Origin: Dehalococcoidia bacterium
GTDB taxonomy: Bacteria; Chloroflexota; Dehalococcoidia; Lucifugimonadales; UBA3495
Direction of reading: 5' to 3'
NCBI GenBank assembly: GCA_965243255.1
Contig: CBDEUH010000004.1
Location: 2,034,132 to 2,098,131, forward strand
Length of the DNA stretch: 64,000 bases
The position numbers were made by a program, and so were the translations under genes. The notes beneath the pieces were generated by a model. That model had not been told where the DNA came from and did no database searches. It saw only the letters and a list, made by a program, of their open reading frames with translations. Shown here in pieces: positions 26,469 to 36,007 of this stretch (positions are counted from its first letter, which is position 1; every line of letters starts with the position of its first letter).

Positions 26469-26499
26469 TTAATCCCGCGGCGAATGGGATCCCAGCCGA

Positions 26500-28359
26500 C
26501 TACTGCCAGGGATTGCCCTCGGCATGGGGTATGCGATGGAACACATCGCCCAGTTCCCCGCGTCCGTAGATGCCCTGCCAGCGGCCCACGGTTTCCGGAT
26601 TGGAGGCGTAGAGGCTGACGCCCTGGACGATGGGGACGCCGATCCACTGGTCGGCGATCAGCTGGATGATGGCGTTGGTGGCGTCGGCGCGCTTGTCGTC
26701 ATCCCGCTCGGAAATGGCGATCTCGTGGAGCGCGAGATATTCCTCCGCCAGGGCCGTCATGTGATTGCGATCACCAAAGGCATAGTGGCCCTGGTCCGGA
26801 TGGAAGGTGGTCGCATAGCGAGGCACGGGTAGGGGCCGTCCGGCGTTGCGGAAGATGCTGACGGCGCCGTTGAAGCCCTCGCCCCATTCATCATGGCCCG
26901 GCGCTCGTGTCATCGGACTGAACACGCCGCCCTCGATGATCTTCAGGTCGGTCTTGATGCCGATCTCTTCCCAGAAACCGGTGACGGCCTGGCTGAGGTC
27001 GTTCATGTAGGGAGTGCCGGAGAAGTTAGTACTCCAGAAGGTGACTTCGAAGCCATCCGCGTATCCGGCCTCGGCCAGTAGCGCCCGGGCGCGGTCCGGA
27101 TCATAGGCCAACGCTTCTTCGCTCCACCTCTGCCAGCGAGGAACGTCCACGTCCACGCTGGTGGGGAAAGTGGCGAAGGGCATGGAAGGTCGCCCATAGC
27201 CGTTCAGGGTGAACTCGATGATGTCATCGCGGTTGATGGCCAGCGACATAGCCTCGCGAACGCGAATATCGCCAATGGGCAGGGCCTGAGCTTCGTCGAA
27301 GTAGAGACCCCAGAACTGGTAGATGAACATCCCCACGCCCTCGATCACCGTTAGCTGCGCGCCGGCGGCTTCCACCTCAGGAGCGGACTCCGGCACCAGG
27401 TCGATGAGGTCGGCCTGGCCGGTGCGGACCATGGCCAGCTTGGTGCTCTCTTCGGGCACCAGCAGCAAGCTCAGGTTGGCGAAGTGAGGGACGCCGCGGT
27501 GAGACTTGTCGAAAGACTCATACCGGAAATAGTCGCCCACGGAATGCTCGGCGTACATCCAGGGGCCGCTGCCTACCGGGTTGGCCCGGAAACCCTCGTC
27601 GCCCACGGTTTCGATGTATTCCTGGGGCATGATCTGGCCGCCTTGGAACACCGCCCGGGTCAGCAGGCTCCAGAAGTGCGGCTTGGATCCGTCGGTGTGC
27701 ATCCGCACGGTAAGATCATCAACGACCTCAATGGCATCCTCGGACGGCTGCCTGAGTTGCCGGTTCAGGCGGTTGCCGTCACCCACCACGCTTTCCTCGT
27801 GGTACATGGTGCGCTCGATGCTGAACTTCACATCGTGCGCGTCCAGCGTTTCACCGTTGTGGAACACCAGGCCGGGAGCGATATTGAAAGTCCAGCTGCT
27901 GCCGTCGGGGTCGATTCCCCATTCCTCTGCCACTCCGGGGCCGACGCCGCCGTACTGGGACTCGTAGTTGAACCCCAGCAGAGCGTCGTAAATCGGCGCC
28001 TGGTACTGGGCATGGCCGGCCCGTGTCTGCAAGATGGGGTCGGTGGTCTGCGCGCCCAGATTTTCGAGGCTAACGGTCAGCGTGCCGGCAGGTTCGGCTT
28101 GCGCCCGCACCACGGACTCTACGGGGGGCACGGCAGTGGCAACCAGGAGGACCTCTTTGATGACCTCCTTCTCGACCACCACCTCCTTGGGCACCTCTTT
28201 CTCGACCACTACTTCCTTGGGTACCTCTTTCTCCACCACCACCTCTTTGACCACTTCCCTCTCGATGACTTGCGGCTCAGCGGGAGAAGCGCCACCGCAG
28301 GCCACGACCAGCGCCAACGATAACAACAAAGCTCCGGTCCAGAGAATCTTTACTGACAT
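26500..28359 (-). CDS. ABC transporter substrate-binding lipoprotein, family 5 (peptide/nickel type)
   Basis: 619 aa from ATG 28359. Lipobox 'LVVACGG', a repetitive (EKEVPKEVVV)n linker, then a family-5 SBP body. Confidence 0.85.
   Translation of the reverse strand: MSVKILWTGALLLSLALVVACGGASPAEPQVIEREVVKEVVVEKEVPKEVVVEKEVPKEVVVEKEVIKEVLLVATAVPPVESVVRAQAEPAGTLTVSLENLGAQTTDPILQTRAGHAQYQAPIYDALLGFNYESQYGGVGPGVAEEWGIDPDGSSWTFNIAPGLVFHNGETLDAHDVKFSIERTMYHEESVVGDGNRLNRQLRQPSEDAIEVVDDLTVRMHTDGSKPHFWSLLTRAVFQGGQIMPQEYIETVGDEGFRANPVGSGPWMYAEHSVGDYFRYESFDKSHRGVPHFANLSLLLVPEESTKLAMVRTGQADLIDLVPESAPEVEAAGAQLTVIEGVGMFIYQFWGLYFDEAQALPIGDIRVREAMSLAINRDDIIEFTLNGYGRPSMPFATFPTSVDVDVPRWQRWSEEALAYDPDRARALLAEAGYADGFEVTFWSTNFSGTPYMNDLSQAVTGFWEEIGIKTDLKIIEGGVFSPMTRAPGHDEWGEGFNGAVSIFRNAGRPLPVPRYATTFHPDQGHYAFGDRNHMTALAEEYLALHEIAISERDDDKRADATNAIIQLIADQWIGVPIVQGVSLYASNPETVGRWQGIYGRGELGDVFHRIPHAEGNPWQ
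28171..28260 (-). repeat. in-frame tandem repeat, 3 x 30 nt, inside the SBP linker
   Basis: Units at 28171-28200, 28201-28230 and 28231-28260 encode VEKEVPKEVV-like decapeptides. Confidence 0.85.
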
Positions 28360-28486
28360 TCGCCACCTACCTTGTAGCCTCAAATGCCCTACTATGGGCG
28401 CATTGGCGGCTCATATTACCTTTGAGGATGGAGCCAGTCAACCGTATTCGTAATCATCGTCAATGTTAACGCACTTTTAACTTCAG

Positions 28487-28522
28487 CACCCGTCGCTCCG
28501 CCTGGTTACGGAGCGACGGGTG
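28487..28522 (-). terminator. 14-bp perfect GC hairpin downstream of glnII (putative terminator without U-tract)
   Basis: CACCCGTCGCTCCG, 8-nt loop, CGGAGCGACGGGTG, about 30 nt after the stop at 28551. Confidence 0.5.
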
Positions 28523-28550
28523 TGGAAAGCGAGCAACTGCGGCGGGGGCT

Positions 28551-29573
28551 TCAGGCCGAAGCCGCGCCTCCCACGGTTTCGATGATCAGCCGGGTTACCG
28601 TGTAGGGGTCGCAGTTGGCATTGGGACGCCGGTCTTCGATGTAGCCCATGCCGTCCCGGGCCACCTGCCACGGAATGCGCACCGACGCGCCCCGGTCCGA
28701 AACGCCGTAGCGGAACTCACGGTAGGAGCAGGTCTCGTGGAGCCCGGTCAGCCGCTCTTCGATGCGGTCGCCGTAGTTGGCGATGTGCAGGTCGTGGCGG
28801 GTCTGGAGCGCCTCGGCCGCGGCGACGCAGGCTTCGTAGTTCTCTCGCATCTGGTTGGTGGAGAAGTTGGTGTGCGCCCCGGCGCCGTTCCAGTCGCCCT
28901 TGACCGGCTTGGGATCCAGCGTCGCGCTGATGCCCCGACGCCCGTCAACCGTCTCTACCTCCTCACCAATCCGGTACAGGAGCCAGCGCGCCAGCCACAG
29001 GTGGTCGCCCACCGCGGGAGCGCCAATCGGCCCGATCTGGAACTCCCACTGGGCCGGCATAACCTCGCCGTTGATGCCGGCAAATTGCAGCCCGGCATAC
29101 AAACAGGCGTCCATGTGCTGCTCCACCACGGGCCGCCCGAAAACCTCGTCGGAACCCACGCCGCAATAGTATCCGCCCTGGGGCGCCGGAAAGCCGTTGT
29201 CCGGCCAACCCAGCGGCTTGATGCCGTCAAAGAAGGTGTATTCCTGCTCAATGCCGAACCAGAAATCCAAGCCGGCGTACTGCTCGGCGGCGGCGGCGCA
29301 GGAGGCCCGGGTGTTGGAGGGGTGCGGCGTCATGTCGGTGAGCAGCACTTCACACATCACCAGCTTGTTGTTCCCCCCGCGTATCGGGTCGGGAACCACC
29401 AGCGCGGGGCTGAGCACGCAGTCCGAATTTTCTCCCGGCGCCTGATTGGTGCTGGAGCCGTCGAACCCCCAGATGGGCGGATCCTCCCCGTCGGGAACGA
29501 TCTTCGCCTTCGAACGGAGCTTCGCAGTCGGCTGCTGTCCGTCAATCCAAATGTACTCTGCCTTGTAACTCAT
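28551..29573 (-). CDS. glnII: glutamine synthetase type II (eukaryote-like GSII)
   Basis: 340 aa. 'AEYIWIDG', 'WGFDGSSTNQAPG', 'FGIEQEYTFF' and 'NGAGAHTNFST' are classical GSII motifs. Confidence 0.88.
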   Translation of the reverse strand: MSYKAEYIWIDGQQPTAKLRSKAKIVPDGEDPPIWGFDGSSTNQAPGENSDCVLSPALVVPDPIRGGNNKLVMCEVLLTDMTPHPSNTRASCAAAAEQYAGLDFWFGIEQEYTFFDGIKPLGWPDNGFPAPQGGYYCGVGSDEVFGRPVVEQHMDACLYAGLQFAGINGEVMPAQWEFQIGPIGAPAVGDHLWLARWLLYRIGEEVETVDGRRGISATLDPKPVKGDWNGAGAHTNFSTNQMRENYEACVAAAEALQTRHDLHIANYGDRIEERLTGLHETCSYREFRYGVSDRGASVRIPWQVARDGMGYIEDRRPNANCDPYTVTRLIIETVGGAASA

Positions 29574-29671
29574 TTAACAAACCTCAAATGCCAGATTGTT
29601 CTACGATTATACCCGAACTTTATCGGCCCCGGCGTCTTGAAACAAAGATTTTACAATCCCGCCCGTCGCCA

Positions 29672-30454
29672 CTAGTGCATAACCAGTCCGCCGTCCACGT
29701 TGATGGTCTGTCCCGTGATGTTCCGCGCCCCGGGGCTGGCCAGGAACGCCGCCATCGCCGCGATGTCCTCGGGCTCGTTGGCCCGCCCGATGGGTATGTT
29801 GGACGCCCGCTGCGCCTGCAGCTCCGCCACCGATACGCCGGCCTCCGCCGCCCGCTGCTCCATGGTCGTGGTGGACATCGCCGTAACCGTCGAACCGGGG
29901 CAGATGGCGTTCACGTTGATGTCATGGCGGGCCAGCTGGTGGGCGGCAATCAGCGTCATCGAAATGACCGCCCCCTTGCTGGCGGCGTAGGCCGCGTTGG
30001 ACGTGCCCCGGTAGCCCTTGCCGGCGATGGAGGCGATGTTGACGATGCGCCCGCCCTGGCCCTGGTCAATCATCTGCCGGGCCGTCCGCTGCATCACGAA
30101 GAACGCGCCCCGGGCGTTGACCCGGTGGATGCGGTCCCAGTCCGCCTCGGTGATGTCCATGATGTCGAGGTAGCGGGTTACGCCGGCGTTATTCACTAGC
30201 ACGTCCACCCGACCCAGGGAGCGCACTGTCTCGGCAATCACGCGGTCAATGTCGGCGCCGTCGCCGATGTCGGCGGCGATGGCCACACTGTCGCGCCCGG
30301 CGGCGCGCACGTCGGTGGCAGTTTCCTCGACGTTGTCGGCGATGATGTCGGTGACGGCGACGTTGGCTCCGTCAGCAGCCAGCGCCAGCGCCGTCGCCCG
30401 GCCCATCCCCCGCCCGGCGCCGGTAACCAGGGCAACCTTACCTTCCAAAGACAT
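29672..30454 (-). CDS. SDR family oxidoreductase (FabG-like)
   Basis: 'VTGAGRGMG' is the cofactor motif, with 'NNAG' and 'YAASK' as the catalytic motif. Confidence 0.9.
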   Translation of the reverse strand: MSLEGKVALVTGAGRGMGRATALALAADGANVAVTDIIADNVEETATDVRAAGRDSVAIAADIGDGADIDRVIAETVRSLGRVDVLVNNAGVTRYLDIMDITEADWDRIHRVNARGAFFVMQRTARQMIDQGQGGRIVNIASIAGKGYRGTSNAAYAASKGAVISMTLIAAHQLARHDINVNAICPGSTVTAMSTTTMEQRAAEAGVSVAELQAQRASNIPIGRANEPEDIAAMAAFLASPGARNITGQTINVDGGLVMH

Positions 30455-30467
30455 GTCAGTCTCCTCT

Positions 30468-31601
30468 CTACAGCGTCCGCAGCAAATCCTGGTAGTTCTC
30501 CCGGCCGGTGCGACGCAGGCGGTGGTCGTCGGTTACTTCCATGTCGCCGGCGTCCTCCAGCAGCTCGATGTGGGCCACCACCTCCGTCAGGGCGGCGAAG
30601 AAGTTGCCGCCCTCCAGCTTGCGCCGCTCGAAGGTCTGCCGCGTAACGTCCTCCAACGGCTGCGGTTCCGGCCCGGCCGTAACCAGGATGCGACCCAGCC
30701 GCCGGGCGTGGAACCGGATCAGGTCGCCGGCCCGTTGCGTGGTCTGGAAGTTGAACTTGTGATTGTTGTACAGCCGGTGGGCCGGCAGCACCGCCACATC
30801 CGGCCCCAGGTCAGCCACCCGCTGCAGGGAGCGCAGGTAGGCCAACAATCCAAAGGACTCGTCCGGGTTCTGGTAGTGGGCCGGCAGGCTGTTCAGCACC
30901 GCTCCGTTGAACGCGGTTTTCATCGTCGGGTGCGGGCTGATTTCCGGCAGCACGTGGTCGCCGGTGAAAACCATGCCGTCGCCCGGCCCGTTTTCAATCA
31001 CGGCGCAGATTTCGTCCGGCGAATGGCCGGGCGCGTGCATATAGGTCAGCGCTCCCTGCTGCTCGCCGTGGGCGATGTGATGGCCCACCTGGTGCGTGCG
31101 CCGCGAGGCCATGTAGCGCTCCCGTTCTTCCGAGTTCGAATGGCTGAATCCGTTGGCCTTGGCCGTTTCCCACATAGCTTGATGGATGGGGGACGAGGCC
31201 ATGAATTGCAGGTCGCGGGGATCAAAGGGCAGCAGCGGCTGATAGATGTCGTGGGCCCACAGCTCGGCGTCAGACTGTTCGATGACCCGCGCCACGCCGC
31301 CGTCGTGGTCGGCGTGCCCGTGGGTGATGATGACCCGCTCAATGTCGCCGACTTCCAGTCCTCCCAACGCCATGCCCGACTTCAACAGGTCAAAGGAGAC
31401 CTCCGCCCCCGGGTCAATCAGGGTCAAGCCTTCGTTCTCAAAAATGTAAGCCCAGGTCGGCCCGGTGTGCGAGTGTCCCTCCTGCGGCACGGCGACGGTG
31501 TGAATCCAGCGGCCCTGCCCGTCGGTCAGGCGCAGGGTCATGCCGTTGCCGGCCGAATCGCCGTTGCGGAGAACATCCACTTCCGTAAAGTAATCGGGCA
31601 T
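30468..31601 (-). CDS. MBL-fold metallo-hydrolase
   Basis: 377 aa from ATG 31601 with a GAAGGAGG RBS. 'ITHGHADHDGG' is the metal-binding motif. The listed start at 32000 is a shadow extension. Confidence 0.85.
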   Translation of the reverse strand: MPDYFTEVDVLRNGDSAGNGMTLRLTDGQGRWIHTVAVPQEGHSHTGPTWAYIFENEGLTLIDPGAEVSFDLLKSGMALGGLEVGDIERVIITHGHADHDGGVARVIEQSDAELWAHDIYQPLLPFDPRDLQFMASSPIHQAMWETAKANGFSHSNSEERERYMASRRTHQVGHHIAHGEQQGALTYMHAPGHSPDEICAVIENGPGDGMVFTGDHVLPEISPHPTMKTAFNGAVLNSLPAHYQNPDESFGLLAYLRSLQRVADLGPDVAVLPAHRLYNNHKFNFQTTQRAGDLIRFHARRLGRILVTAGPEPQPLEDVTRQTFERRKLEGGNFFAALTEVVAHIELLEDAGDMEVTDDHRLRRTGRENYQDLLRTL

Positions 31602-31731
31602 CTGGGCAATCCTCCTTCGACGCAGCGTTCTGTCCAACGAAACCGCCGCGTTCCGGGCAAGCATTATACCCGGTAATCGCAGCGGCGGCGACGTGATAGA
31701 ATTGCCCCCATAAACACCGGGAGGTTCGACT

Positions 31732-32523
31732 ATGTCGGAGATGCGCCAGGGCGCGCGGATGGAAGGCAAGGTTGCCCTGATTAGCGGCGCGGCCAGCGGC
31801 GTGGAGGGTGAGTTGATGGGGTTCGGCGGCGCGGCGGCCCGCATCTTCTGCCGCGAAGGCGCCAAAGTCGTCCTCAGCGACATCAACACCGAGGCTGGCG
31901 AGCGCACCGCCGCCGAGATTCGGGCCAACGGCGGGGATGCCACCTTCGTCAAGCTGGACGTTACGAGCGAGCAGGACTGGATGGACGCGGTCGCCGCCAC
32001 TGTGTCCGCCTACGGCCAGCTCAACGTCCTGGTCAACAACGCCGGCACCGGCGCCCGCTACACCGTGGAAGAAACCACCGAGGCCGCCTGGGACGGCCAG
32101 ATGGACGTTCACGCCAAGGGCGCCTTCCTGGGCATCAAATACGCCGTGCCGGAAATGCTCAGGGCCGGCGGCGGTTCCATCGTCAACATTTCCTCAATCT
32201 ACGGACTGGTGGGCAGCCCCACCTCGACCGCTTATCACGCCGCCAAGGGCGCAATTCGCCTGCTCACGAAGTCGGCGGCCATCCAGTACGCCGGCGACCA
32301 CATCCGCGTCAACTCCATCCATCCCGGCTACTGCCGCACGCCGCTGACGGACCGCAGCTACGAGAACGAACAGCATTTCTCCTGGATTAACTCGCGGATA
32401 CCCATCGGGCGCGTGGGCAATGCCGACGACATCGCCTACGGCATCGTCTTCCTGGCCTCCGACGAGTCTTCCTTTATGACCGGCTCGGAACTGGTCATCG
32501 ACGGCGGCACCACGGCCCAGTAA
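31732..32523 (+). CDS. SDR family oxidoreductase
   Basis: 'ISGAASGVEG', 'NNAG' and 'YHAAK'. GGGAGG RBS. Confidence 0.9.
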   Translation: MSEMRQGARMEGKVALISGAASGVEGELMGFGGAAARIFCREGAKVVLSDINTEAGERTAAEIRANGGDATFVKLDVTSEQDWMDAVAATVSAYGQLNVLVNNAGTGARYTVEETTEAAWDGQMDVHAKGAFLGIKYAVPEMLRAGGGSIVNISSIYGLVGSPTSTAYHAAKGAIRLLTKSAAIQYAGDHIRVNSIHPGYCRTPLTDRSYENEQHFSWINSRIPIGRVGNADDIAYGIVFLASDESSFMTGSELVIDGGTTAQ

Positions 32524-32548
32524 CCTCACCGCCGGCTGCGCCCCGTCC

Positions 32549-33526
32549 TTACCCCTCCGATACGTCGATCACCACCTTGCCCACCGTGGCCGCCCGCACC
32601 GCTTCGTGGGCTCCGGCGGTGTCTTCCAGCGGGAAGTGCGGCCCGCCCATGCCAACCAGTTCGCCCGAGGCCAGCCAGCGGTTGGTGTCCTCCACCCCGG
32701 CCGTCTTAGCCTCCTCCGGCATGTCGTACACCAGGACGTGCCGCACGTTGACGTTGCTCACCGGAAACTGGAAGGGCGGCGCCGGCCCGTCGCCGGCCGC
32801 GTAGATGGCGATGCTGCCGCCGCGCTTGATGATTCGCTGGCTGACCGCGAAGTTGCCCGAGTAGTCCACCTCCACGATGAGGTCAACACCCGCTCCGTCG
32901 GTCAGTTCCAGGATGCGGGCCGCAGTATCCTCGGTGCGGTAGTTCACGGTGTGGTGCGCTCCCGCGCGCCGGGCGATTTCGGCCTTGGCATTCCCGCTCA
33001 CCGTGCTGATGATGTTGGCGGCGCCGCCGTTGCGAGCCATCTGCAGCGCCATGTTGCCCACCGCGCCGGCTCCGCCGGGCACCAGCACAGTCTTGCCCCT
33101 CACCGGCCCGTCGGCGAACACGCAGCGATGCGCCGTCAAAGCCGGCACGCCCAGGCCGGCCGCCAGCGCGAAGTCCGCGTTGTCGGGCAGCGCCACGGCG
33201 CGGATGGACGGCTGCGCCGTGTATTCGGCGGCGGTGCCGAAGGGGCGGCCGAACTGCGATTGATACAGCCAGACCCGCTCGCCGATGCGGCTTTCCGGTA
33301 CGCCCTCGCCCACCCGGTCAACGACGCCGGCGCCGTCCTGGTTCGGAATCACACGGGGAAAATCCGTACCGGGGCCGGCAACCTGTCGCCGTTTCCAGTC
33401 CGACGGATTCACGCCGGAGGTAACCACGCGGACGCGCACCTCACCTGGCCCCGGCTCAGGGTCGGGCATATCGCCCACCTGCAAGACCGAAGCGTCACCG
33501 TTTTCCTCATACCAGACTGCTCGCAT
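32549..33526 (-). CDS. NADPH:quinone reductase-like zinc-independent MDR family oxidoreductase
   Basis: 325 aa from ATG 33526 with an AGGGAGG RBS. 'MRAVWYEENGDASVLQVGDMPDPEPGPGEVRVRV' and 'GGAGAVG'. Confidence 0.8.
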   Translation of the reverse strand: MRAVWYEENGDASVLQVGDMPDPEPGPGEVRVRVVTSGVNPSDWKRRQVAGPGTDFPRVIPNQDGAGVVDRVGEGVPESRIGERVWLYQSQFGRPFGTAAEYTAQPSIRAVALPDNADFALAAGLGVPALTAHRCVFADGPVRGKTVLVPGGAGAVGNMALQMARNGGAANIISTVSGNAKAEIARRAGAHHTVNYRTEDTAARILELTDGAGVDLIVEVDYSGNFAVSQRIIKRGGSIAIYAAGDGPAPPFQFPVSNVNVRHVLVYDMPEEAKTAGVEDTNRWLASGELVGMGGPHFPLEDTAGAHEAVRAATVGKVVIDVSEG

Positions 33527-33552
33527 ACTGATGCCTCCCTGACATTGCCGGG

Positions 33553-35043
33553 TTATTTCCTCCGCCGTACCGCCGCCAGCGTAATCAATCCCGCCGGACC
33601 GGTCAGCAGCGCCAATGACGCCAGGTCCGCAGCAACTGGTCCGGACGACGCCGGCATGGCTCCACAGCCGCCGCCCGATGCCGATGGGGCCGGGGCAGAT
33701 GCCGTTGAAGTCGGCGTGGGCGCTGGCGTGTAGGTGGGCGCCGGCTCTGGGGTTGCCGTGGGCCCCGGCATCGCTGCCGGCGCCGTCGGAGTCCCCCCGG
33801 TTGACTGTACCACCGCCGGCCCTGGCGGCTCCGATGCTGAAGTCGGGGTCGGCCGGCGGGTGGGCAGAACCTGCAGCGGCGGCAACTCCGGGGTGGCCTG
33901 CTCCCGAATCGCCAGCCCTACGCTCTCGCGCCATTCATTGTCCAGCTCGTCTATGGTCAGGCCGTAGGCTGCCGACAGGGATTTCTCAAAGCTGTGGGTC
34001 TCGCGCATCTTGACGAACAGGTCGGCCATCGGCTCATGGCCGTAGGTTTCCAGCATGTAGGTTACTACGGCATGGCCCTGGCCATAGTTGCGCAGGGTTT
34101 CCTGCGGCGTTCCGGCAAAGGTGCGCAGGCCGGCCAGCGGAGGAACCTGGTCGTTGTGTATCGCGTTCCGGATGAAGCGTCCGTACTCGTTGTTGTGTTC
34201 CCGCTCCGAGTGCACCGCCAGCCCTTCGTTCAGCCACTTGTGCACCTGCAGGTGGGCGCTGCCGGCGGCGTCAGCCACCAGCAGGTGAGTGAACTCGTGG
34301 GCCGTGGTGGTCAGCACGCTGTTCAGCGAACCGTCCACCAGCAGAGTCCGCTCGTTGCTGAAGGCCACGCCCAGCGTGCGCAGCTGACTGGCCGCCACCC
34401 GCGACGTTGGCCTCAGCGCCTGCCGCATATGCCGGTAGTCCGAGTACACCACGATGCTCATGGGCTCGGTCAGTTCGACTCCCAGCACCGGAGCCATGTA
34501 TTCGTAGGTATCCACCGCTGTTGCCAGCACCGCCTCCGCGCGCGTCTCGGCCAGGTCGTCGTAGCTGTAGTAGTAAACGTCAATCAGGCCCGCTGATTTC
34601 AAATGCCATTCCAACCCGGTGTTGAGATAGACGAAAGTCTTCGGCTCAGTTTCCAGGCTGGCCCCGTCGGCGGTGCGGATGTCGTAATAGTATTCCAGCC
34701 GTGCGCCGGTGGGGATGTACTCGTTGGCGGTCTTGCTGCGGAAGTACGCCGTTCCCGAAATGTGGCCTCCCGGCTCGAACTCCACCGTGCGGTAGGTCGT
34801 GCGGGTGGACTGCCCCAGCTTCCTCACGTACACCCGGATTTCCTCCACCGTGCTGGCGCTGGCCACGTCAATATGGAACGACAGCCCCTCGGGAAACAGA
34901 TTCTCAACCTCTTCCCGGACTACCGTGATGCTGTCCTGCGCCGCCACGTCCGGCGGGAGCGCCAGCGGCAGCGCGCCGCCAATGATGGCAACAAGAGCGA
35001 TAACGGCGGCAATGATGCGGCGCGGTTTTTTCACTTTATACAT
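33553..35043 (-). CDS. secreted MA-clan zinc metallopeptidase-like protein with C-terminal Gly/Cys-TM-RRRK anchor
   Basis: 496 aa from ATG 35043. Signal/TM segment 'IIAAVIALVAIIGG', 'HEFTHLL..NEGLAVHSE' (HExxH plus distal E), a Pro/Thr/Ala linker, and the tail 'SGGGCGAM..LALLTGPAGLITLAAVRRRK'. Confidence 0.6.
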   Translation of the reverse strand: MYKVKKPRRIIAAVIALVAIIGGALPLALPPDVAAQDSITVVREEVENLFPEGLSFHIDVASASTVEEIRVYVRKLGQSTRTTYRTVEFEPGGHISGTAYFRSKTANEYIPTGARLEYYYDIRTADGASLETEPKTFVYLNTGLEWHLKSAGLIDVYYYSYDDLAETRAEAVLATAVDTYEYMAPVLGVELTEPMSIVVYSDYRHMRQALRPTSRVAASQLRTLGVAFSNERTLLVDGSLNSVLTTTAHEFTHLLVADAAGSAHLQVHKWLNEGLAVHSEREHNNEYGRFIRNAIHNDQVPPLAGLRTFAGTPQETLRNYGQGHAVVTYMLETYGHEPMADLFVKMRETHSFEKSLSAAYGLTIDELDNEWRESVGLAIREQATPELPPLQVLPTRRPTPTSASEPPGPAVVQSTGGTPTAPAAMPGPTATPEPAPTYTPAPTPTSTASAPAPSASGGGCGAMPASSGPVAADLASLALLTGPAGLITLAAVRRRK

Positions 35044-35236
35044 TCCTGACCCGGTTGCTTGTATTCCGATACGCTCAGCAGTCGGCAAAGGATTCTACCA
35101 TCCGCCGCCGGACGGTCGCCCATCCTTGACCACCAATGCGGCCCGCCCTACAATCTTACCGTCGCAGCGCTTGCCCATGCACTACCGCACCGCGCGCATC
35201 TCTGCTCATTATCCCAAAAACTCCGGTGGCGAAACT

Positions 35237-36007
35237 ATGCCCATCAACGTCGGCCGCGTGCCGTACCTGGAAGCCGAACCCTTCTACTTCGACATGGAAC
35301 GCCGCGGCTTCCAGCTGCACAATACCTCTCCCCGGCAGCTGGGCGACGCTCTGGCCAGCGGCGAACTGGACGCCGGCCCGGCCCATCTCTCGGACGTCTT
35401 TCGGCTGGAAGACCAATTCGACGCCATCAGCGGCTTCTGCTTCTCCACCCAGAACCGAGCCATGAGCGTTTGCCTCTATTCCCAGCTCCCCATGGCGGAA
35501 CTGGGCGGCGTTACCATCGGCGTGTCCGACGAGGACGTAACCGCGGTCAAGCTGCTGGAAGTGCTGCTGCGCCGCAAGTACGGGCTGGAACCGGGCGAGT
35601 TTGCCGTCCGCCCCGGCGACGTGATACGGCCCGATGAAACCTTCGACGCCTTTCTGCTCATCGGCAACCGCGCCCTGCGTCGCCGCCGGGGCGTCCGCGG
35701 GTTCGCCCACCGCTTCGACCTGGGCGAGGAATGGACCCAGTGGACCAGCCTGCCCTTCGTCTTCAGCCGCTGGGTCGTCCGCAAGGACCTGGACGACCGC
35801 ACCAAGGCCATCCTGGAGGACGCCCTCTACGTCGGCCTGGAGGAGGGCGTGGACGGCCTTTATCACCTGAACGAGCCCCGGGACGAATTGCTGATGCTCC
35901 CCCGGGACGTGGTGGAATACGTGCAGGGCATCCGCTATTACGTGGGCCGCTCGGAGCAGCAGGCCATCACCCTCTTCCGTCAATACCTGGAAGAACTGGG
36001 CGGCTGA
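35237..36007 (+). CDS. MqnA/MqnD/SBP-family protein (chorismate dehydratase-like)
   Basis: 256 aa from ATG 35237. 'VGRVPYLEAEPFYFDM', 'LASGELDAGP' and 'PFVFSRWVVRKD' fit the periplasmic-binding-fold menaquinone (futalosine) family. Confidence 0.6.
   Translation: MPINVGRVPYLEAEPFYFDMERRGFQLHNTSPRQLGDALASGELDAGPAHLSDVFRLEDQFDAISGFCFSTQNRAMSVCLYSQLPMAELGGVTIGVSDEDVTAVKLLEVLLRRKYGLEPGEFAVRPGDVIRPDETFDAFLLIGNRALRRRRGVRGFAHRFDLGEEWTQWTSLPFVFSRWVVRKDLDDRTKAILEDALYVGLEEGVDGLYHLNEPRDELLMLPRDVVEYVQGIRYYVGRSEQQAITLFRQYLEELGG

Noticed and set aside
29605-29653. GlnR- or NtcA-type box upstream of glnII (GAAAC-n6-TTTAC at 29638-29653, about 27 nt upstream of a TATAAT -10)
   Set aside because: It is only a partial match, with half-site order and orientation ambiguous relative to the actinobacterial gTnAc-n6-GaAAc consensus, and there is no GTA-N8-TAC. 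This is too weak to call without comparative data.
30468-32000. N-terminal extensions of listed ORFs (also 32549-33934, 34799-36007, 35731-36852, 9943-10956, 56098-57465, 57237-58913, 40625-42046, 18532-20154)
   Set aside because: In each case an internal ATG is preceded by a strong Shine-Dalgarno sequence and coincides with the family's normal N-terminus. The extensions are low-complexity and often overlap neighbouring genes.
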